DNA of 49,047 nt, taken from positions 1-49,047 of the forward strand of contig DF237588.1 of the NCBI GenBank assembly GCA_000708835.1, given 5' to 3'. This document shows, piece by piece, positions 37,490 through 47,921 of this stretch. The position numbers and the translations under genes were made by a program. Each line of letters opens with the position of its first letter. Positions within the stretch are counted from its first letter, which is position 1. This stretch comes from Klebsormidium nitens. Taxonomy: Eukaryota; Plantae; Klebsormidiophyceae. Below the pieces are notes generated by a model that worked only from the letters and a program-made list of their open reading frames with translations, was not told the DNA's origin and searched no databases.

Positions 37490-38257
37490 TTACCAATACA
37501 CGAACTCCAGCGTGAAAGGACGTTCTGGTAGGAGCCCACTCTTCGTTCTGGTGGCGCAGAACACAGAAATAGCGAAATTTCTCAAGCAGCACTCGCGAGG
37601 ATCAACCATCTTGCTATGATCAACCCTCCAGCGCTCGTCTGCGACTGGCGTGGCGGCGATGTGAAGAAAGCTGTCAACTTCTGCAGGGCCCAGCGACTCC
37701 GCAACTCTGTGGACACTCTTCTGAAGGACAGCTGGATCCTTGAGCATGAAGTCCTTGACTGAACGGAACTTCCTTTTGAAAAGCTTGAGAACATCTTGGC
37801 GGCAGGACCGGTAGAAGGCCAGCGCTGTTTTCAGGTCTGAGTGCAAGGCCTTATGTAGAGCAACCAACTTCAACAGTTCTAAGAAGCCCTGGTGCAGTTC
37901 GTCCCAATCCGGTCCGCCTCTATTGACCAGCGTCCTTCCAAAGTCATGCACATTCTCTGGTATGGCTGTTGCTACGCATTGCAAACGCCCTGCCAAATTA
38001 CAATTCGTCGGGTGCTGCATCTCATCTTTTGACAGCTGCTCGTGCCGAAGCTCTGGGAAGAGCCGCAGAGTCTTGTCCGGGAGAGCTGAGTCCGTAAAGA
38101 GGAGCATGTCCTCCCGAGCGCTGCGCAACCGCGCTCGTTCACCGACCAACCTTGGATCCTCCATTGCCTGCGCGCGCGCTAGCTCGTCTTTCCAATCAGC
38201 GCGACGCCGCAATATCAGGCGCGAAATCCAAACAGCAACGCCAGCACCTGAAGTCAC
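37490..38257 (-). CDS. large exon/ORF of an unknown helical protein (255 codons)
   Basis: Long open frame with GTG start only. Candidate acceptor CTTCAG near 38250 and donor TG|GTAAG at the 3' end. No recognisable domain. Confidence 0.45.
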   Translation of the reverse strand: MTSGAGVAVWISRLILRRRADWKDELARAQAMEDPRLVGERARLRSAREDMLLFTDSALPDKTLRLFPELRHEQLSKDEMQHPTNCNLAGRLQCVATAIPENVHDFGRTLVNRGGPDWDELHQGFLELLKLVALHKALHSDLKTALAFYRSCRQDVLKLFKRKFRSVKDFMLKDPAVLQKSVHRVAESLGPAEVDSFLHIAATPVADERWRVDHSKMVDPRECCLRNFAISVFCATRTKSGLLPERPFTLEFVYW

Positions 38258-38760
38258 CTCACCTCATTGATAAGCTATAACGATCCCTCGTTCTTCTTCT
38301 TTCTGGCATTTAGACTGCAGTGCTGCAGGCTGCGCACACCATTTGACAATCAGAGTGCAGATACGGCTCACCGGAGCTGCTTCAAGCTCCGCGACATGCA
38401 GCATGCACCCGAAAATCAGAAGCCTCACTGGAAGATTATATCAGTATTCCAGTTCTGGGTCGGACCGAAGCTATCGAGATTTGTCGCAAAGCAGAGTCCG
38501 TCTCTTGACTTCGTTTGGTGAACTGTCATTTTCCCGTCCTGTGGGCCTGAGGAGCTGGACAGAAGTTTTAGTCCTTGCTAGCTTCGCAAACAGGGCGGCA
38601 AGGAGAGGGCGGAAAGGCGCTCTGAGCTTCTTCAGGCAAAACTGAGGCGCATCAGCTATGACGGACTTCAAGGCAAAGCTCGAGGTAGTGCTCAAACAGA
38701 ACGGAGTGGGCGAGCAAAGCTACCGCTGAGAAAGCTTTCTTTGAGAAGGAGAAGGATGAG

Positions 38761-40755
38761 GTGGATGCACAATGGAAGGCAGCCGAGACAGCCAGGTTGC
38801 AACTCGCAGAACGACAGAAAGAAGTAGAGTGCTATGAGGAGAGACTTGAGAAGTTGGCAGAGCTTGAAAGACTAAAAACTCATTTGTCATTGCTAGAGCA
38901 CTGCAACCAAATCCAGCGGCAGGAAGTAATTCTGAACAATGAAGTACGGCAGCTAAAAGAACGGATGAATTACCTCCGGCAGGCCCTTGACGAGACAAGC
39001 GCCAGCTATCAAAGCTGCGTCGGTCAACTTGCATCAGTGAGGGACAAGGTGGGCACTGGAGAGCTCAGCCTCAAGGAGGAATACGGACAAGTACGAAGCA
39101 TTGCAGAGAAGCGTCTCAAGGCCTTCTCGGAGTCTGCTTGCCGGCAGAACTTTGGGGAGCCGCAGGGGTTGGCAGGCGAAGCCGCCAGTGGGCTGCGATT
39201 GACAGGCGGAGAAGGTGGGCAGCGAACTGCAGGCAGCAGAGAAGGTGGGCAGGACGTCGGCGGAGAGGTGGGCCGAAAAAGTGGGCAGGACGAGCTTCCG
39301 GGGGGGCGGGATGAAGTACGTCGGGATAGGCGGCCTAGAGGGGGCAAAGGGTCGAAAGTAGAAGGCGACAGGCGCAAGAGGAGGTGCGGACATGAAAGTC
39401 ATCAAGGGTACAATTTTCAGATCGGGATCAGCACCGAGGCCGCAGACTCCTGGAACTTGGGAAAAGTGGGGAAACTTGGGGTGAACCCTGACGGTGGAGC
39501 GGCAATCTTTTGCAGCTGCGGCATCTGCATCAAGATGGCGTCTGAGTGCGAGTGCGATTGTGCCACGTGTGTGAGTGGGTGGATTTTCAGAGAGCAAGGT
39601 AAGTGCAGCAGATATACCGGGTTTGGGCTACAAACCTTGACATGTTTGAGTATATTGTTGATTCCATAGCAAGGCTATGATTGGCACAGCATATGTCACA
39701 GGGGAAAACGGTCAGTAACTTGGGTGGGTTGTGCCGAGGTTACTGCATAGGTCGTGGCGTAACACAGGTACTAACCTAGGTAACCTCGGACCTGGGTTGA
39801 GTAGCAAGTGCCCTTAACCTGGGCAGGTTCTGCATAACCCATGCAGACCCGGGTAGCGAACAGACCTAGGTTGTTTATGACTCATGCGCACAAGATAAAA
39901 ACTCAGAAATTTGAGATGTTTTCTAGCCGTTATGAAACATAAAGCTTTTCTGAAAAGTGACATCTTGTAGCCAACGACGTTCCAAGTTAAGCATGCCGAA
40001 GCCGCAAAAAAGTTGAAACGGGAAAAGTAAGGGAGAAAACTGATTGTTTACTTTGGTAGTTTTCAAAGCCGCTTGGGAGGGGTACTAAAAAGAGAGCGCC
40101 GCTGTGGGGTCCAGGGCTCGAACCCACGATCAATCGCGTGCCCTACAATTAGCCGTCTTACCACAATGATGTTTTTTTCAGCTATCGTCTCCTAACAAAA
40201 TCATTATCCGTTTGTAAGCCCAGGTTAAGAATAATCTACTCGGGTTGTGGGGTAACCCAGGTCCGAATCGTTGTAACCTGGGTATTGCCCAAGTCCTGTA
40301 CATAACCAGCTAGGAACCCCGGTTACTCATAAAATAGCGCAGGTCATTCTGGTATAGCAATCTGGGTGATGCCGAGGTTATTCACAACCTGGATCCCATA
40401 ACCTAGGCATAACCTGGGTGCCTAGGTTACGGGACCTAAGTTACAAGCAATCCCCCCTGTGCGCGCGTAACTGTCAAGGTCATTGATCAAACTTGTAGGG
40501 TAGGCACAACCCCAGATGCGAGCTCGTTTCGTAAAGTCCTCAAAAGCTCGTTGCTAAAATGGTTGCCCTTTTGCAGGACTGCTCTTGACGCCGAATGAAT
40601 TCGAGGTTCACGTGGGAAAGGGACACATGAAGAATTGGAAGAAAAGTCTCTACATCGGCGCCGAGAGAGTCTTCGAGTGGGCGTCCAAAACTGAGCGCGA
40701 TGACATGCAGAGGCGCCTGCGAAGCAACTTCTGTAAACTGAAGGGAATCGTGTAG
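38761..40755 (+). CDS. coiled-coil + Gly-rich linker + ULTRAPETALA-like SAND-domain protein (2 visible exons; 5' end frameshifted/uncertain)
   Basis: Exon to 39598 (CAAG|GTAAGT, phase 1) splices to TTTTGCAG|40577-40755, giving VGKLGVNPDGGAAIFCSCGIC...QG|LLLTPNEFEVHVGKGHMKNWKKSLYI. This matches the SAND 'TPxEFExHxG..KNWKxS' (KDWK) motif. Upstream in-frame TAG at 38686 and a +1 frameshift near 38700. Confidence 0.8.
39200..39295 (+). repeat. short tandem units in the Gly-rich linker
   Basis: 3-4 degenerate copies of G(C/G)(A/C)GAGAAGGTGGGCAG. Confidence 0.65.
39697..40461. mobile_element. non-autonomous CACTA/EnSpm-like element (765 bp) inside the SAND gene intron
   Basis: Termini CACAGGGG...CCCCTGTG. 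More than ten degenerate TAACC(T)RGG subterminal repeats in both orientations at both ends. No clear TSD (flanks TGT / CGC). Confidence 0.75.
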
Positions 40756-41764
40756 TGGAGTTTAGTAGATGACAAACATGGGCAAGAGGGAAGTTGTAAC
40801 AGTGTCTGCATTCAAAAGATCATCAAAAGCCTATCAAAAGCTCGTCGGCGGTACCAGTTGAAATGGACAATCTTGACAAATCTGGACAAGCGTCTAATCG
40901 AACAACTCTGGACAAGCAAATACAAACTGAGTGACGATGACATAGACAATTGAACGGATGGTTGCTAGTATCTGCGCTGTGAGTCTTTCGTTATTGCCAC
41001 TCTCCTCACGACTCCCGATTGAGTTTCAGTCTCCAGTGCCGCGTGCCACCCAGGAGGTAAAGAAGATGGTTATCAAACTCTAAGGAGTAAGCGGATCGCC
41101 GGTCGCAAAAATGGTCATTCTATTCATGTCTTAGTATGTCGTTGACATGATATGGTTAGACTGTGGCCGCGATTGATCATAAAGCTCTGGCAGTTCGTTC
41201 CACGAACAGAGCTAGCTTTACATGCAACTTGACAACATACGTGAAGCTTGGTGCTGATGCTAGCATATACCATCTTTTGGATGTTTGCTTCGACCGCCTG
41301 GCAATGAAATTCTTCTGCGCTGAATGCATGATATGTAACGTCTTCGTATTTGGAAGCTTATGCTTGGATGAGCAAGTTCATAGCCGGTGCTTTGAGGCTC
41401 ATGCTTTGGAACGATATGCAATAAAGGAACTTCTCATCATCTGAACGATCTTTGCGCACGTGCATTTCCAAAGTTGCCGAAAGAGTTGATTATGCAATGC
41501 TAGCCATCCATGCATATTTCAAGCTCGGTTCGGTAAAGGAATGAGGGTACCATAAGAAACCATATATACAAGGAGGCCGAATGGCCTCTGCACCGAGCTC
41601 AACGAGTCAAAGCAGCGAGAGCACGGCCTGCTTGAAGCTGATGCTCAATTGGATTGTGATTGACCATCTTTTGGATGCTCGCACTGCGAGTGATGGCAAG
41701 GATGGTTTTATACACTCTGTCGCGCGCTGACGTTTATGAGTCTAGCACGACCATCTCAAAAGTC

Positions 41765-42447
41765 AAGACAAGGCTGGCATGCCAGGCACGTCAGGCACGT
41801 CAAGACACCCCTCCAGATAATTCTCAACCACAGGCAACCACTTCTGAATAGGGAGATCCTTCTCCCAACTCTCAAACGAAGGTGGAGGCTTGGGTTTGAT
41901 AGAGTCAGACTTGTTCACCTGCGCAGCTTGTTGTGCTTGGATTCAGACAGCTGCCGTGTCATCAACTCAAGATACCTGAGGTTAGTTTTCTTCAGAGCCT
42001 CATAACCACAGTTTGCTCAGCACTACCCTGGTCAAGCTCAAAAGCCTCTCTCTCATCTTTAGATAGAGCTGCCCAGCGGGCCAGAAACTGTTCCGTTGTC
42101 TTAGGAACAATCATCTCGTCAGACTCAGAATTTTGCTCACTAGCAACCGGTGCCCCACCTCGCAGGCGATCAGCCAAGGAGGTAACGTACACCTATCTGG
42201 AGCTAGTAAAAAGATCAGCAACAGAATCGGAAATGGAGGCAAAAGCAGAATGAGCAGAAGGTACGAAGGCAGCTGCAGATGCTGACAACGAGGACGAGAC
42301 AGGAACCGAATTGGGCCCTACAGTGAAGGCGTCCTGTACAGGTGGGGAAGAGTTATCGTCCCCAAGAGTAACTAGCTCTAGGGTCTTTACCCTATCTAAC
42401 AGAGAGCTAACATCAGTCAGAAAGTCGTGTCCTCTATTCCTGCTCAT
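41765..42447 (-). pseudogene. truncated retrotransposon gag-like ORF
   Basis: ATG 42447 (MSRNRGHDFLTDVSSLLDRV). In-frame TAG at 42195-93 with the reading frame continuing after it, further frameshifts, then KPKPPPSFESWEKDLPIQKWLPVVENYL (41897-41814), a typical gag 'P..F......WL..VE.Y' motif. Ends in a small duplication scar. No pol follows. Confidence 0.6.
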
Positions 42448-42470
42448 CTATATACACCAGACTACAGAAC

Positions 42471-43430
42471 CTAGTCCCAACCGGTAGAAGGCCCCCAACT
42501 ACTACTGGGACTAGGAGTCTCTGGTACCCGTGCCTCCGGCAGAGGAGGCTCGCACGCCTCCTTATCGCGGTGCGCTCTGAGGAACCCGGCACTCCTCCAA
42601 GCCACTTGACGACCGTAGAGGTCGCCGGTGACCCAAGGGAACCCCCACAGAGGACTAACTATCCCCACTCGCTGCTCCTCCCAGTACTCTTCCCTGGCCT
42701 TGGCACTGAAGAACAGATCAAGGTCATCGGCCAATGCTTCCCTGACAAAGGCAAAGACTCCCTTCCTGACAGAACTCTCCAGCGCCGAGACACACAGACT
42801 ATCGAGCTCCTTATCCCCACGTCCAAAGCACGCAGCTATGACGTCACAGATGGCCTGCGGTCCTAGGTGCTCTAACACCTTACCCTGCAGCTCTGGGGAA
42901 AGGATATACCGGAAGGAGGGGGAAACGCTAGGGAGGTATACCTCAGGATCAGATGGAGACGTAAGGGAAAGGGAGGGAAAATAGTCCTCTGTCTCCTGCT
43001 GAGTATACTCCCTCTCTACAGACCCGTCACTAAAAGTCTCTTGATAAGTGAAATAGTCAGAAGGATGAACCCTGAAGGTGAACTCAGAGAGCCAACCGAG
43101 ATCCAAGTCCGGGTCCAGGACATAGTCTCCCCGGGTGACCGTTTTACCTGAGACCTTTTGCAACACCAGCTGCAACGCCCTCTTAGTGAGAACACTAATC
43201 TTGTCCCGCAGCCGGCGCTTCAGCCACTCACGCAGATTGAACCTGAGCTCCTTATGCACAGGAAGACAAAGGATCCTCCTCACGTCTCTAATGAGGAGTC
43301 TCTCTGTCCTTGTGAAAAACCACAACACCTGCTCAGACGCAGACAACCCACTCAGGTTCTTGTACTCCTGGATACGCTGCTGAAAAATGACAGAGCCAAA
43401 AGCGAAATGAATCCCCTGTGTGCCTGCCAC
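42471..43430 (-). CDS. 'ORF-A': unknown ~300-aa protein immediately upstream of the gag-like ORF
   Basis: 319 open codons with no ATG at all (GTG start). Strong acceptor TCATTTTTCAG at 43381-80. Stop lies 23 nt before the gag ATG. Two paralogs in the window. Confidence 0.7.
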   Translation of the reverse strand: MAGTQGIHFAFGSVIFQQRIQEYKNLSGLSASEQVLWFFTRTERLLIRDVRRILCLPVHKELRFNLREWLKRRLRDKISVLTKRALQLVLQKVSGKTVTRGDYVLDPDLDLGWLSEFTFRVHPSDYFTYQETFSDGSVEREYTQQETEDYFPSLSLTSPSDPEVYLPSVSPSFRYILSPELQGKVLEHLGPQAICDVIAACFGRGDKELDSLCVSALESSVRKGVFAFVREALADDLDLFFSAKAREEYWEEQRVGIVSPLWGFPWVTGDLYGRQVAWRSAGFLRAHRDKEACEPPLPEARVPETPSPSSSWGPSTGWD

Positions 43431-43687
43431 CTAGCAGCAGCGCTCACGTCGGCGCAAGCTGCCACTCAGCCTACTCAAACACGGGCAATCACTGCGGGTT
43501 GCAGAGCCCTTATTCTGTGAAAAGCGTCAATGCGTCAGACAATGCAGAGCCACAGCAATGCCCAGCTGGAGCATCACTGTTGGCATTGACAGCTCTACAA
43601 TCTATGATTCTGAAGCGCCACGCGTTGAAGCATTTTAATTCTTCGTGTACCGTACGGTAATAATACTTGGCACAGGTCTGTTCAGGG

Positions 43688-43892
43688 CATTTCGGTCAAA
43701 CCTGCCACCTGGCCGCCTGACCCGAGTCCGATTTAATTGGAGCCGAATGCAAAACTTCGCCCGAACAGCAGAACTTGGACCTTGCGATGACCCACATGCC
43801 TCTCATCGAACAGCCCAAGTTCTTCGGTTCGACAAAAGTTCGGCGACTGCCTCAAACCGGATTCGGGTCGGGCGGCCAGGTTTGACCGAATG
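43688..43892. mobile_element. MITE-like element with ~40-bp imperfect TIRs
   Basis: CATTTCGGTCAAACCTG(CCACCTG)GCCGCCTGACCCGAGTCCG vs reverse complement of the right end CATTCGGTCAAACCTGGCCGCCCGACCCGAATCCG. No TSD seen. Confidence 0.7.
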
Positions 43893-45164
43893 TGCAGTAG
43901 GTCCTAACCCATGCGCTTGGCTGAAAGAAGCTCTGACTCAGGGGGACCATACCCCACTTGAAAGTTAGAACTCAGAGGGCCGAAAGTCGGAACCATCCGA
44001 TGAACCTTCTCTTCGATGGAACGGTTCCGATGTCCTTCTGGAGCGTCCCGAGCGCTGGGTAGACCTCCGGTTGGCCTGTAGATTGGGTCTAGTCTGGTTA
44101 TTAGGTAGTTTGAGCATGTTGTTTGGGCAATTGTGACTGGTTAACCCTCCTGAATAAGCGCAAAGTATAGGTCCTAAACCCCTTCCTGCCTCAACCCAAA
44201 ATTCAAGGGTTAAAACGAGACCCTTCGGAGGTTTGACTCACCAGTCTTCGGGTTGGGGCAATTAGAGGTTTAGCTGCTGGCATACAGTGGTTCAGGCAAA
44301 CCTACTTGCCTGGGGTGTTTGGTCCCCCTGGAATACGTTTCATAGTTTTCCAAGAATTTGGATTTCAAAAAAAAACAATCGTCATGAAAATCCGTAGATG
44401 AGAGCAATCGATCAACTCAAGGCTGAATCATCTTAAACCATCTTGAATCTGTATGAAAACCCCTCAAGACGTGCTGAAAAGGCACATCTTGGCATGGAGC
44501 TCAACCAACATTTGATAAGCTAGCTAGGTGGCTCTCTGATCCAGAATCTGCGACTTTGCTCAAGCTACGAGTTACTTACCATTGTTACATGGGTCGTCGT
44601 TCTTCTTCTTTGAATATTTTCGATCAACTACTTAATTTGTACAGTCCAATCTATGCAAATCTGTGAGAATGGATTTTACGTTTCAGTATCATACTGATAA
44701 GCTCGGATTAAATGGCTTCGACATCGTTGCCTTGAAAATGGTTCGTTCTTCTTTCAATCTAGACAACCTCATTGAAGTACTTGATATAGTGCAATCTATA
44801 TGTGACATTGGATTATTACGTTTTGGTATCATACTACTAAGCTCGGTTTAGTATCATGCACACGTTTAAGCCATGCGTCAGTAGCTCCACATGCGTGCCA
44901 AGGTGTATCTCTTGACTTTGTTAGTGACAATCACGCGATGTTATCCTACTCGCACAAGCTGTAGCTATGCATTGTACAGGTATACGCATCGGGAATGGCA
45001 CCGGGGCCACAGGTTAATGCTGCAATTTGTGCACAAATCCATATAGAAACATGGTAAAAATATCCTTGAGTCTTTCAAATCACGCTCAGCCGAATTCCGC
45101 ATTGAAGGCTCAGAGGAAGGCAAGACTGAAGAAAGGACTGGGTCCACCAACAGGCCAAACACCC

Positions 45165-45223
45165 CTGCCCACTAAGGAGCTAATATCTGTCGGAAAGTCT
45201 TGTCCCCTAGCCCTGCTACTCAT
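45165..45223 (-). pseudogene. second gag-like start remnant
   Basis: MSSRARGQDFPTDISSLVGR vs MSRNRGHDFLTDVSSLLDR at 42447. Shared upstream TGTAT(A/G)TAG|ATG. Confidence 0.6.
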
Positions 45224-45329
45224 CTACATACAGATTTGTACATACCTGCCCAGGAACTAGCCGCTAATCCCAACCAGAACTAGGCCCAGCCCAGCATCTA
45301 CAGCAGCGGACTGGGTACCGGTTGCAGTG

Positions 45330-46010
45330 CTACAGGGGAATGACTGGCGAGGGGAATGCCCGCAGCTTCGTACTTGAACACTTCCAGTAGACACGGCTGT
45401 CCACCTCCTGGACCCGACGCAGCCGGTCCAGTGCCATTGCCCGGTCCACCACCTTCAAAACCTCCTCCTTGAGCACCTCTTGGAGAGCCTCCTTGCAGAG
45501 CTCGCAGAACTCCTTGTTGATCCGCCCGCCTATCAGCTCGCACAGCGTCTGTGCACTGCACTTCTTGAGCACCTCAAATCTGAGGGGCTCGTTTAACCGC
45601 TGGAACTGGGCGGGGTCTAAGCTGGGGGAAGGAGGAGAGAGCTGGTCGCCATCTTCTACAAAGAGCTGGTAGTGGAAGGACTCGACCTTCCAGCTGGCAT
45701 CCTCCTCTCGCTGGCTCTCAGCGACCACTCCCCACAAGGAATAACCCTGGCTACATGGAGGGTAGAAGAACTGCCCCAGGAAGTTCAAACGAAAATCAGA
45801 CCGCATATACGAACCAATGTTGTCACAGCGGGTACGAGACAAGGCCAATGCCACTTCTGTTACGTACTTGACACGCTCATCAGCACGCTCCCGGATGACC
45901 CTGCTGCAAACCGCATCAACCTTCTTGCTAATACGGCGCTGGAGAAGCTTTCTAATCTCCCTGGTCCGATAGCCCCCCTTGAGGACTAAGTACAGCACCT
46001 TCTCGTCCAT
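45330..46010 (-). CDS. diverged 'ORF-A' paralog (226 aa from ATG 46010)
   Basis: EKVLYLV..REIRKLL..GSYMRSDFRLNFLGQF..LNEPLRFEVLKKCSAQTLCELI..YWK..RAFP align by eye with EQVLWFF..RDVRRIL..GDYVLDPDLDLGWLSEF..LSPELQGKVLEHLGPQAICDVI..YWE..WGFP. Acceptor GCGCTGCAG just before the ATG. Confidence 0.65.
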   Translation of the reverse strand: MDEKVLYLVLKGGYRTREIRKLLQRRISKKVDAVCSRVIRERADERVKYVTEVALALSRTRCDNIGSYMRSDFRLNFLGQFFYPPCSQGYSLWGVVAESQREEDASWKVESFHYQLFVEDGDQLSPPSPSLDPAQFQRLNEPLRFEVLKKCSAQTLCELIGGRINKEFCELCKEALQEVLKEEVLKVVDRAMALDRLRRVQEVDSRVYWKCSSTKLRAFPSPVIPL

Positions 46011-46657
46011 GCACTGCAGCGCAAAGCGACAGAAGCAAAAGTGAAAGAGGTTCACCTCTGATAACGTATTCTGCTAAGCTTTGTAAGGAGTTGAGCGTGC
46101 GCAAGTATAGACAAGGGCATGCTGAAAAGCTTGTCAAACTGGCCTTTATCACTTCCCTGGCATCATCACTAGCTTCACAAGAGGGTTGGCACGAGTCGAA
46201 TTATCATCCTGGTGTTGCTCGATGAAAGGCCAGATGCAACGTAGATAAAATTAACCAAACTCAACGAATACAGCAAGAGGAAGGGGCCAAAAATCTGCTG
46301 CAAATGACGAGAAGGGAACTGAAAGAGACAAGTGGGCTACCAAGGGCAGCAATAATGGAACAAATGCAGTGGGTTTTAAGCAAACAAACCTGTAATGGCT
46401 GCCAGAAACAGCTGTCATGCCGTAGTTTGAGGGCTGTCCTCATTACTCCTTTTGGTAAGCAGAGGGTATTTGGAGGGATAACGTCAGCATGGCGTAAGTG
46501 CCTATTCCAGGCAAAATGTCAACGAAAGAAAGGAGCGTCTTTTAGAGAATCTCTTGAAGGGGGAAGACCCCAAGGTTCAAAAGGGCGAGGTTAACAGACT
46601 CTGAAAAACTCACCAGTCGCATTTCGTCTGCCAAGGTTCGATCGGCCACAGCCTTGG

Positions 46658-47503
46658 CTAACGACACCCGACCAGCACTCCACTCCATTCAACCTCTGGG
46701 CTGGTCGGAAGTGCGCGCCCGTCTGCAGTAGACCAGATGTAAGAAACAAAGCGGTCTCCCTTGCCCGACTTCCTGTTCAAGCAGACCCCTCTATCTGCTT
46801 CAAAAAGATAACAATCTCCCCTGAATGTAAGCAAATCCGTCTTTGGAAAGGTGAAGCTAAGTTGAGAGCTGGCCTCATTGCCTTCCAGACAGGCTAAGCT
46901 TTCACCACTTCCCGATTGCACGACCAGCGGCTGAAAAGGATCCATATGTAGGCAAAGGGACTCATGGGGACCTAAACCGCAACCTCGGCCAAGGTCAGCC
47001 CCTTCTGCCGGATTCTTGCGAATGCATCCCACCCTCTCAGGAGGCGGCAAAGCTGTAAGTGACCAGCCAACCCTTTTGCGCAAATCATAGGAGGCCCGCG
47101 CAATAGGACATATCTTTTCTCTCTTACTCAGTAACTCAATGCGCGGACCATCAAGGGCGAAAGTGGGGGTGAAATCTGTGAGACCCATGACCCTTCCGGG
47201 AATGCGCTCCCGCTCAGGCGGACCATACGGCAGCAGGTGTATATTCAAAGTGGACCTGTCCTCGACCAGAATACCCTCTGCTGCAATTATCCTACACTCA
47301 TTGGAGGAGCAGATCAGGAACAAACTTTCCATTGGCTGGGTGGTCAGGCAGTCCCCAGCGGTCTGCTCTTTTACCCACCTATACCAGGATTTGCAGACAA
47401 GCGCCATGCCCCTCGGAGTGTTGCCATCATGGAAGCACTGCCACCACCTCCTGGGCACTCTGCTCAAGATCTGATGGAGGACTTCAGGTGGGAGGAACTC
47501 CAT
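46658..47503 (-). CDS. intronless F-box protein (281 aa) with an unknown C-terminal domain
   Basis: MEFLPPEVLHQILSRV...MALVCKSWYRWV is an F-box motif at the N-terminus. Uninterrupted frame. Confidence 0.75.
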   Translation of the reverse strand: MEFLPPEVLHQILSRVPRRWWQCFHDGNTPRGMALVCKSWYRWVKEQTAGDCLTTQPMESLFLICSSNECRIIAAEGILVEDRSTLNIHLLPYGPPERERIPGRVMGLTDFTPTFALDGPRIELLSKREKICPIARASYDLRKRVGWSLTALPPPERVGCIRKNPAEGADLGRGCGLGPHESLCLHMDPFQPLVVQSGSGESLACLEGNEASSQLSFTFPKTDLLTFRGDCYLFEADRGVCLNRKSGKGDRFVSYIWSTADGRALPTSPEVEWSGVLVGCR

Positions 47504-47545
47504 TGCCAAAGCGCTGGGTAGGTGACCTGGTGGCAGCACACCTCT

Positions 47546-47552
47546 TTTTATA
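47546..47552 (-). promoter_or_regulatory. candidate TATA box of the F-box gene
   Basis: TATAAAA on the minus strand ~43 nt upstream of ATG 47503. Confidence 0.35.
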
Positions 47553-47921
47553 GGAGAACTTCAAGAAGATGTTCATTGGAAGGTACGCCCTCGTCAACCT
47601 GACCTAACCCTAATTCAAGGAATTGCGATCAACCATCAGCCGTATTCTCCCGACGATCCCCCGCGCAGCGACTGGACGAGACGCCCACAGGCAAATCTGC
47701 CAAAAGCTCGACCCTACCTATATAGTATAATACTGTCAGGGCTGTTACCAAGAAGGGCGTTTGACTCTGAGGGTGTGAGCCTGCATTTCTTTGCGTCCTG
47801 AAGCTTGAAATTGAATGCAGCACAGGCAAGAAGATTAGGATCTCCGGCAGCAGTATTGTTCACATGCTGGTTCATACTTGCGTGGAGTTGGAAATCGCCC
47901 GTGAAGCCTCTGCGGCACGCG

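Noticed and set aside
23889-47503. Endogenous giant-virus region suggested by intronless RNase III, MYND and F-box genes
   Set aside because: No NCLDV or Polinton hallmark genes (capsid, PolB, packaging ATPase), low gene density, and spliced genes interspersed.
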